Assembly: GCA_035301545.1 (NCBI GenBank)
Contig: DATGUA010000065.1
Span: forward strand, 13,519 to 37,518
DNA: 24,000 nt
Source of the DNA: Tissierellaceae bacterium
GTDB lineage: Bacteria; Bacillota; Clostridia; Tissierellales; Tissierellaceae
Reading direction: 5' to 3'
Below are positions 16,697 through 24,000 of this stretch, piece after piece. Within the stretch, counting starts at the first letter, position 1, and every line of letters begins with the position of its first letter. Below the pieces are notes generated by a model. It saw only the letters and a list, made by a program, of their open reading frames with translations, was not told the origin of the DNA and did not search any database. Position numbers and translations under genes: made by a program.

Positions 16697-17341
16697 TTGA
16701 GTAAGAATAAACAAGTTTCCATTACTGTAATAAGAAGGCTACCTAAATATCGACGTTATCTAGGTGAATTACTTAATAAGGGGATAAATAGAATCTCATC
16801 TCAAGAATTAAGTAAATTAACAGGTTTTACTGCATCTCAAATTAGACAAGATTTAAATAATTTTGGTGGATTTGGGCAACAAGGGTATGGATATAATGTT
16901 GAAGAATTACGTAATGAAATAGAAAAAATACTAGGTCTCGATAATAAGTATAAAGTAGTTATAACAGGAGCGGGAAATTTAGGAAATGCAATTGCTAACT
17001 ATAGAGGTTTTAAGAAAGATGGATTTGATATAGTTGGAGTTTTTGATAGAAATCCAGATAATCCACGATATAAAAATCATGATCTAGAGATACGACATAT
17101 AGATGGGTTAGAAGATTTTATTAAAGAAAATAAAGTAGATATTGGAGTAATAACTACTTCTAAAAATGTGGCACAAGACGTAGCAGATACCTATATTAAA
17201 GCAGGAATAAAAGGTATATGGAACTTTGCTCCGATAGATTTAATAGTACCAGAAGATATTGATTTAGAAACAGTAAGATTAAGCGAAAGTTTATTTACAT
17301 TATCCTATCTTATTAAAAGTCAAGATGAAAATATAGAATAA
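16697..17341 (+). CDS. rex: Redox-sensing transcriptional repressor Rex
   Basis: 214 aa. The N-terminal winged helix RRLPKYRRYL...ISSQELS...G.TASQIRQDLN.FG.FGQQGYGY is followed by a Rossmann domain with GAGNLGNA. TTG start behind AGGTGGTGA. Confidence 0.93.
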   Translation: MSKNKQVSITVIRRLPKYRRYLGELLNKGINRISSQELSKLTGFTASQIRQDLNNFGGFGQQGYGYNVEELRNEIEKILGLDNKYKVVITGAGNLGNAIANYRGFKKDGFDIVGVFDRNPDNPRYKNHDLEIRHIDGLEDFIKENKVDIGVITTSKNVAQDVADTYIKAGIKGIWNFAPIDLIVPEDIDLETVRLSESLFTLSYLIKSQDENIE

Positions 17342-17347
17342 AAGACT

Positions 17348-17372
17348 AAAGAGCTTGTAAAAGCTCTTTTTG
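17348..17372 (+). terminator. Rho-independent terminator after rex
   Basis: AAAGAGCTT (17348-17356) pairs with AAGCTCTTT (17361-17369) around a GTAA loop, then runs into TTTTTG. Confidence 0.8.
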
Positions 17373-17427
17373 TATTGTTATATATATTTATGGGTATAAT
17401 TATGGTAAATTTATATAGGAGGATGCT

Positions 17428-18309
17428 ATGAAATATAATATAATAGAGGAAAGAGATAGGATAATTTTAAAGGATATGGAGGACTTTGATCCAGAACATA
17501 TTTTTGAATGTGGCCAAGCTTTTAGGTGGAAAGTAGAAGAAGATGGAAGCTATACAGCTGTAGCATATAATAAAGTAATTAATGTAAAAAAGGAAAATAA
17601 AGATATCATATTTTCTAATACTAATATAGATGACTTTAATAATATCTGGTATAACTACTTTGATTTAGAAAAAGATTATGGAGAAATAAAAAGAATCCTA
17701 TCTAAAGATCCTGTGCTAGAAGAAGCTATCAAATATGGAGAAGGGATAAGAGTGTTAAATCAAGACCCATTTGAAACTACAATTTCTTTTATTATTTCTG
17801 CAAACAATAGAATTCCTATGATTAAAAGAGCTATAGAAAAAATATCTGAAGATATAGGAGAGTATGCAGGTTCATGGATGGGTAATGATTATTATGGGTT
17901 TCCAAATGCTGAAAAATTAGCTAATCTAGATACAGGATATATAAAGGAAAAATATAGAGTAGGTTTTAGAGCTCCAAGAATAAAAGATACTTGTCAAATA
18001 ATATATAATAAAGATATAGACTTAAATTCCATATTTAATTTAAGTCGTGAAGAAGGAAAAAAACTACTAATGACTCTACCTGGAGTAGGTCCAAAAGTAA
18101 GTGACTGTATATTATTATTTGCTTTTGATAAAGACGATGCCTTTCCAGTAGATGTGTGGGTGAAAAGAGTAATGGAACACTTTTATCTTAAAGAAGAAAC
18201 TAATGTGAAAGATATAGGTGAATATGGTGCAAGATTATTTAAAGATTTAGCAGGTCTTGCTCAACAATATCTATTTTACTATGCAAGAGAAGAAGAAATA
18301 GGAAAATAA
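17428..18309 (+). CDS. ogg: 8-oxoguanine DNA glycosylase / AP lyase, Ogg1-type (HhH-GPD superfamily)
   Basis: 293 aa. The HhH-GPD segment LPGVGPKVSDCILLF contains the catalytic Lys, and FPVDVWVKRV contains the Asp. The N-terminal OGG_N-like region has ECGQAFRW. Confidence 0.85.
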   Translation: MKYNIIEERDRIILKDMEDFDPEHIFECGQAFRWKVEEDGSYTAVAYNKVINVKKENKDIIFSNTNIDDFNNIWYNYFDLEKDYGEIKRILSKDPVLEEAIKYGEGIRVLNQDPFETTISFIISANNRIPMIKRAIEKISEDIGEYAGSWMGNDYYGFPNAEKLANLDTGYIKEKYRVGFRAPRIKDTCQIIYNKDIDLNSIFNLSREEGKKLLMTLPGVGPKVSDCILLFAFDKDDAFPVDVWVKRVMEHFYLKEETNVKDIGEYGARLFKDLAGLAQQYLFYYAREEEIGK

Positions 18310-18380
18310 TCTAATATACTCAAATTTAATAAATTTAGTTCTTAATCTAAGGAAAGGAAGAACTAAAGAGGAGTGGTTTA

Positions 18381-19076
18381 GTGTTAGGGACTATAATAAA
18401 TAGTGTATCGATTATAATAGGGTCACTTTTGGGAATAAATATAAGAGGTGGAATAAAAGAAGATTCTAGAAATACTATAATAGATGGAATAGGCCTAGTT
18501 GTAATGGTAATTGGGATTATGGATGGTATAAAATCAGAAAATATAGTCTTAGTAATAATAAGTATAGTACTAGGAAGCTTAATAGGGGAAATAATAGGAA
18601 TAGAAAAAAGGCTAAACCAATTTGGAAACAAAATGGAAAAGAGGTTTGGAAAAGGTAATTCTAATTTTGCTAAAGGATTTATAACAACGTCATTAATATC
18701 TTGTATAGGGGCTATGTCTATAGTAGGAGCTTTAGAATCTGGTTTAAGAAATGATTATAGTACATTATATATTAAGTCTATTTTAGATGGAATATCATCA
18801 ATAATATTTGCATCTACATTAGGAATAGGTGTAGGATTTGCTGCTATTCCAGTATTTATATATCAAGGTAGTATAACTATTTTAGCATATTATTTAAAAG
18901 ATATATTAACTAATACTGTAATACTTGAGATGTCATCTATTGGTGGTATACTTATTATGGCATTAGGAATAAACTTATTAGATATAAAAAGGATAAAAGT
19001 AGGCAATATGCTACCAGCCGTATTCATACCTGTAATTTATCAATTGTTAATTAATTTAATAGCAATTATAAGGTAA
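18381..19076 (+). CDS. DUF554 (YqgA-like) integral membrane protein
   Basis: 231 aa polytopic protein. The N-terminus GTIINSVSIIIGSLLG...GLVVMVIGI...GSLIGE..GIE resembles E. coli YqgA/DUF554 as I recall it. GTG start behind GAGGAG. Confidence 0.65.
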   Translation: MLGTIINSVSIIIGSLLGINIRGGIKEDSRNTIIDGIGLVVMVIGIMDGIKSENIVLVIISIVLGSLIGEIIGIEKRLNQFGNKMEKRFGKGNSNFAKGFITTSLISCIGAMSIVGALESGLRNDYSTLYIKSILDGISSIIFASTLGIGVGFAAIPVFIYQGSITILAYYLKDILTNTVILEMSSIGGILIMALGINLLDIKRIKVGNMLPAVFIPVIYQLLINLIAIIR

Positions 19077-19162
19077 ATGAAGAAAAACGGAGAAATAAAG
19101 AGGTAATAGAAGATAAATCAATGTAACTTAATATATAAACTAAAAGTGATTAAATTATACAC

Positions 19163-19191
19163 TTGATAAGTGTAGTTATTTCATATAATAT
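19163..19191 (+). promoter_or_regulatory. Putative sigma-A promoter of groESL
   Basis: TTGATA (19163-19168), then either TATAAT (19184-19189, 15-nt spacer) or TAATAT (19186-19191, 17-nt spacer). It lies immediately upstream of CIRCE, as is typical for HrcA-controlled operons. Confidence 0.55.
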
Positions 19192-19203
19192 AATAAATAG
19201 GTT

Positions 19204-19230
19204 TTAGCACTCAATAGCATCAAGTGCTAA
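19204..19230 (+). promoter_or_regulatory. CIRCE operator (HrcA binding site)
   Basis: TTAGCACTC-N9-AAGTGCTAA against the consensus TTAGCACTC-N9-GAGTGCTAA (1 mismatch). It is located between the promoter and the groES RBS. Confidence 0.93.
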
Positions 19231-19265
19231 CAAAATATAATAAAACTTTAGGAGGTATTTACCAT

Positions 19266-19547
19266 ATGAATTTAAAGCCATTAGGAGACAGAGTGGTTAT
19301 TAAAAAAGTGGAAGTAGAAGAAAAGACAAAGAGTGGGATTGTATTACCAAGCTCAGCACAAGAGCAACCACAAATGGCAGAAGTAGTTGCCTTAGGTTCT
19401 GATATCCTAGACGATGAAAAGAAAAGAGAACAAGTTAAAGTCGGGGATACTGTAATATTTTCTAAATATGCAGGAACTGAAATTAAATTAGACGGAGAAG
19501 AAGTAAATATATTAAAATTAAACGAAATTTTAGCAGTTGTAGAATAA
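19266..19547 (+). CDS. groES: Co-chaperonin GroES
   Basis: MNLKPLGDRVVIKK... from ATG19266, behind GGAGGT at 19251-19256. The track ORF starting at 19224 begins inside CIRCE and is over-extended. 93 aa. Confidence 0.93.
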   Translation: MNLKPLGDRVVIKKVEVEEKTKSGIVLPSSAQEQPQMAEVVALGSDILDDEKKREQVKVGDTVIFSKYAGTEIKLDGEEVNILKLNEILAVVE

Positions 19548-19583
19548 TCTAATTATCAATTGATAAAAGGAGTGTATATATAA

Positions 19584-21245
<1,662 letters not shown>

Positions 21246-21279
21246 TAAGGCCCTAGCCTATCTACAATTAGATAATTTC

Positions 21280-21319
21280 AAAGACCTTCATAGGTTAAAA
21301 CCTATGAAGGTCTTTTTTT
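21280..21319 (+). terminator. Rho-independent terminator after groEL
   Basis: A perfect 15-bp stem, AAAGACCTTCATAGG (21280-21294) / CCTATGAAGGTCTTT (21301-21315), has a 6-nt loop and runs into a T tract ending at 21319. Confidence 0.9.
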
Positions 21320-21404
21320 ATTTGATTTTCGAATTAAATAAAATTTCTTGCAGTACTTTTAATTTTATTTTCGTTATAATTAATAGAAGGGAAGGAGGGG
21401 AGAG

Positions 21405-21959
21405 ATGACTCATGAATCAAGCTTGATAAAAAAATCTATAGAAGGAGATGAAGACTCCTTTAAAGAATTAATAGATATTTATAAAAACTATGTATTTGCA
21501 ATTATTTTGAATTTTATAAAGGACTATGAAGAGGTAGAAAATGTCGCACAAGAAGTATTTTTACAAATATATCTCTCCCTACCAAAATATAAAGATGATA
21601 ATTTTAAAGCCTGGATAGGTAGAATAGCTTCAAATAAATCAATAGATTGGTTAAGAAGTAAAAGAAGTAAATTTAAGGAAAAAACTTTAGAAGATGGAGA
21701 AGAGCTAATAGGCATAATAAAGACTGATCATAAGGATAATCCAGAAGATATACTAGTAAAAAATGAAAATAGTCAATTATTATTATCCTACCTAAATAGT
21801 ATTCCAGATATTTACAAAAGAACATTAGAAAAATTCTATTTCCAAGATAAATCTTATGAAGAAATAGCTAAGGAGGAAGATCTATCTGTAAAAACTATAG
21901 CTTCTAGATTATACAGAGGAAAGCTTATCTTAAAAGAGAAATGGAGGAAAGGAAGATGA
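21405..21959 (+). CDS. ECF-type RNA polymerase sigma factor (sigma-70 family, regions 2 and 4)
   Basis: 184 aa. Region 2 reads F.ELIDIYKNYVFAIILNFIKDYEEVENVAQEVFLQIY...F.AWIGRIASNKSIDWLR. The region 4 HTH reads SYEEIAKEEDLSVKTIASRLYRGK. A GGAAGGAGGGG RBS precedes it. Confidence 0.88.
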   Translation: MTHESSLIKKSIEGDEDSFKELIDIYKNYVFAIILNFIKDYEEVENVAQEVFLQIYLSLPKYKDDNFKAWIGRIASNKSIDWLRSKRSKFKEKTLEDGEELIGIIKTDHKDNPEDILVKNENSQLLLSYLNSIPDIYKRTLEKFYFQDKSYEEIAKEEDLSVKTIASRLYRGKLILKEKWRKGR

Positions 21960-22459
21960 AACATTTTGATTATGTAGACTGGTTATTTTATAAAGACAAA
22001 TTAATATCAGAGGATAAAGAGATAGAAATGGAAGAACATCTATATAATTGTGATCAATGTTTAGAAATATTTTTATCAATAATAGATGAAGATGAAATAG
22101 AAGCTACATCCTCCCTGGTGCCTGAGGACTTTACTGAAAATCTAGTAGATAAGATTTCTCAGGAAAAAGTTAAGACTATAGAAAAAGAAAAAGAAAAAAG
22201 GGAATCTATTAATTTTGGATATTATGTAGCAGTAGCATCAGTCACTATTATATTAACTACAGCAGGACTATTTAATAATATAGTAGATTCAGTTCCAAAG
22301 ATATCAACAGAAATACAGGCTAGTAGTAATATAGAAAAGCCAAATCCAGTACATGAATACTCAGAAAGAATAGTAGATAAAACATCTAAATTTATAGATG
22401 ATATTGAAAATATAGAAGAAAGAGAAATAAGGAGGAAGGAAAATGAGAGACAGAAGTAA
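21956..22459 (+). CDS. Zinc-finger (HX3CX2C, ZAS-type) single-pass anti-sigma factor
   Basis: ATG21956 overlaps the sigma gene stop (ATGA) and follows GGAGGA at 21943-21948. The track ORF starts 15 nt earlier, at 21941, in the same frame. The motif HLYNCDQC spans 22037-22060. One TM segment (FGYYVAVASVTIILTTAGLF) is followed by a short acidic C-terminal region. Confidence 0.8.
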   Translation: MKHFDYVDWLFYKDKLISEDKEIEMEEHLYNCDQCLEIFLSIIDEDEIEATSSLVPEDFTENLVDKISQEKVKTIEKEKEKRESINFGYYVAVASVTIILTTAGLFNNIVDSVPKISTEIQASSNIEKPNPVHEYSERIVDKTSKFIDDIENIEEREIRRKENERQK

Positions 22460-23225
22460 ATTAATAGGGTTTATGCTATCTTTTATACCAGGATTAGCAC
22501 ATTTATATATTGGTTTAAAAGAAAGAGCTTTAATATTTCTAGGAATGCTTGGAGCAGGTTTGCTTGGAAGTATATTAATAGATATATTTACTGGTGCAGG
22601 AGCAGGATTATTCTTATTTATAGTAGGATATTGTTTATTATGGTTAATAGCTATAATAGATTTATTTTCATCATGGAATATGACTAAAAGATATTATGAA
22701 GATAATAGAAATAAAGATCCAGAAAGTCAATATATAGGTAATGAAAAAATGAAAGAAAACAATAAAAAAATTACAGCCTTAGCATTATCTATTGTTCCAG
22801 GAGCAGGTCATATGTTTTTAGGATATGAGAAAAAAGGGCTAATAATTATGGGAGGATTCTTCTTTTCAATATTTTTTATGGGTTGGTTAGGTATGAGTTT
22901 TCTATTATTCCTACTACCATTATTATGGTTTTATAGTTTTTTTGATACTATGCATACTGTAGATGGGAATAAAGAGCAGGTAGAAGATAAAGATTTTGAA
23001 TTATCAAATATAAGACCAGAATGGGTAGGCTATGGATCTATAGCTATAGGTATACTAGTAGTAGTAGAAAGAATTCTTTACCCATTAATAGATTATAGAA
23101 TCAGACATTATATACAAACATCTATAGTATCACTAATATTTATTATTCTAGGAATATATATACTAAATAAAAACAAAGACAATAAAGAGATAGTTACAAG
23201 GGAGGAAGAAGATAATGACGAATAA
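22443..23225 (+). CDS. Polytopic membrane protein with two tandem TM2-like modules
   Basis: 260 aa. It contains the internal repeat LSFIPGLAHLYIGLKERALIFLG...WLIAIIDLF (res 12-75) and LSIVPGAGHMFLGYEKKGLIIMG...LWFYSFFDT (res 115-169). This resembles the TM2-domain pattern G.H.FY.G....G...W...D. It overlaps the anti-sigma gene by 17 nt. Confidence 0.7.
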   Translation: MRDRSKLIGFMLSFIPGLAHLYIGLKERALIFLGMLGAGLLGSILIDIFTGAGAGLFLFIVGYCLLWLIAIIDLFSSWNMTKRYYEDNRNKDPESQYIGNEKMKENNKKITALALSIVPGAGHMFLGYEKKGLIIMGGFFFSIFFMGWLGMSFLLFLLPLLWFYSFFDTMHTVDGNKEQVEDKDFELSNIRPEWVGYGSIAIGILVVVERILYPLIDYRIRHYIQTSIVSLIFIILGIYILNKNKDNKEIVTREEEDNDE

Positions 23226-23304
23226 AAGAGTAGGAATTGTATCAATATTATTTATACTTTTAGCCTTTGGATTAGTAATATTTAATAGCCAATATATCTA
23301 TTAA
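23215..23304 (+). CDS. Untracked 29-codon ORF encoding a single-TM micropeptide (paralog of the N-terminus of the next gene); possibly a duplication remnant
   Basis: ATG23215 lies 9 nt after GGAGG (23201-23205), and the ORF overlaps the upstream stop by 11 nt. It encodes MTNKRVGIVSILFILLAFGLVIFNSQYIY*. That aligns with MKTRRVGIISMAIVLIGFGILLFIAQF of the 23338 ORF (11 of 27 identical, the rest mostly conservative). Confidence 0.4.
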   Translation: MTNKRVGIVSILFILLAFGLVIFNSQYIY

Positions 23305-23337
23305 ATATTACTAATGTAAGAATGAGGAGGTAAAATA

Positions 23338-23700
23338 ATGAAAACAAGAAGAGTCGGAATTATATCTATGGCTATAGTATTAATAGGATTTGGAATACTA
23401 CTATTTATTGCTCAATTCAGTAAGATTTCTGCAGTAGAATTAGCAATTAAATTTTGGCCTATGATATTAATAATAATAGGGTTAGAAATACTATACTTTA
23501 GCTATATAGGTAAGAAAGATCAAGAAAAGTTTGTAATTAAATATGATATATTTTCTATGTTTATAGTAATGGTAATTTTAGTAGTAAATATAGGATTATA
23601 TGGATTTATGGAGACAGGAATATTAGATTTAGTAAAGTTAAGAGTTAGAGAAGAAAAGATAATATACGAAGAATATTTACAAGATAATTATAATAGATAA
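23338..23700 (+). CDS. Small membrane protein with a LiaI/LiaF-like transmembrane region
   Basis: 120 aa with 3-4 TM segments. The FWPMILIIIGLEIL motif resembles the WP..LI..G pattern of LiaF-TM/DUF5668-type proteins. GAGGAGG RBS. The family call is tentative. Confidence 0.6.
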   Translation: MKTRRVGIISMAIVLIGFGILLFIAQFSKISAVELAIKFWPMILIIIGLEILYFSYIGKKDQEKFVIKYDIFSMFIVMVILVVNIGLYGFMETGILDLVKLRVREEKIIYEEYLQDNYNR

Positions 23701-23721
23701 AGAACCGAAAGGTTCTTTTTT
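23699..23721 (+). terminator. Rho-independent terminator ending the ECF sigma operon
   Basis: AAAGAACC (23699-23706) pairs with GGTTCTTT (23711-23718) around a GAAA tetraloop. The T run extends to 23721. Confidence 0.85.
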
Positions 23722-23859
23722 CTTGATATAGGGATAAAATGATAATAGAATAGTTGGGCAAAAATTACTTATTAAATAAAGAGGTTTCTAATTATAATGG
23801 ATATGGAAAAATAACTTATCTATGATATACTAATAAAAAGCTTAATAGGAGGAATAGTA

Positions 23860-24000
23860 ATGAAATTTGTTGGTGAAGGATTAACATTTGATGATGTACT
23901 CTTAGTTCCTGGCAAATCAGAAGTATTACCAAAGGAAACTAAGTTAAACACATACTTAACTAAAAAAATAAAATTAAATATACCTTTAATGACTGCGGGT
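23860..24000 (+). CDS. guaB: IMP dehydrogenase, 5' partial (continues beyond the window)
   Basis: MKFVGEGLTFDDVLLVPGKSEVLPKETKLNTYLTKKIKLNIPLMTAG is the canonical IMPDH N-terminus. AGGAGG lies 7 nt upstream of ATG23860. Confidence 0.9.
   Translation, partial: MKFVGEGLTFDDVLLVPGKSEVLPKETKLNTYLTKKIKLNIPLMTAG

Noticed and set aside
19224-19265. N-terminal extension of groES in the ORF track (start at 19224)
   Set aside because: That start is a GTG inside the right arm of CIRCE. The canonical GroES N-terminus MNLKPLGDRV begins at ATG19266, directly behind a GGAGGT RBS.
21351-21380. ECF-type autoregulatory promoter upstream of the sigma gene (..GTAC-N15-CGTTATAAT)
   Set aside because: The -35 lacks the usual AAC core and the spacer is short. 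The CGT overlaps an ordinary TATAAT. I cannot distinguish an ECF promoter from a sigma-A -10 by eye, so it is left uncalled.
23779-23830. Purine-riboswitch-like strings upstream of guaB (GTTTCTA, TATAATGGATATGG, CTATG)
   Set aside because: The motifs are in the wrong order relative to the purine aptamer. There GGATATGG precedes GTTTCTACC, which precedes CCGACTATG. The P2 and P3 stems cannot be drawn, so this is probably chance similarity in AT-rich sequence.

Overview
This is a low-GC, Firmicutes/Clostridia-type chromosomal core region. It is densely coding and almost all genes are on the + strand. Left to right: prfB (RF2, with its programmed +1 frameshift), tex, a sensor-less orphan histidine kinase and an amidohydrolase. 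Next comes an FMN riboswitch and ribU, followed with no visible terminator by an orphan BMP-family lipoprotein and a YjjI/YjjW-like glycyl-radical enzyme plus activase pair. Two tandem csbD paralogs follow, each behind a sigma-B-type promoter. After them lie the tsaE-tsaB-rimI-tsaD operon, a DnaA-box cluster in the convergent gap to an ABC-F ATPase gene (- strand), then brnQ, rex, ogg and a DUF554 membrane protein. The right side holds CIRCE-controlled groES-groEL, an ECF sigma / zinc-finger anti-sigma operon with three membrane-protein ORFs (one an untracked 29-codon ORF), and the 5' end of guaB. The order from tsaE to groEL resembles my recollection of the Bacillus subtilis ydiB-groEL region. 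I saw no tRNA or rRNA genes, CRISPR arrays, transposases, integrases or obvious defence islands, and no clearly novel multi-gene system. The most notable items are the DnaA-box cluster, the functionally uncharacterised glycyl-radical pair possibly under FMN-riboswitch control, and the ECF-sigma membrane module with its micro-ORF. All calls come from reading the sequence and translated ORFs by eye; no database searches were run.
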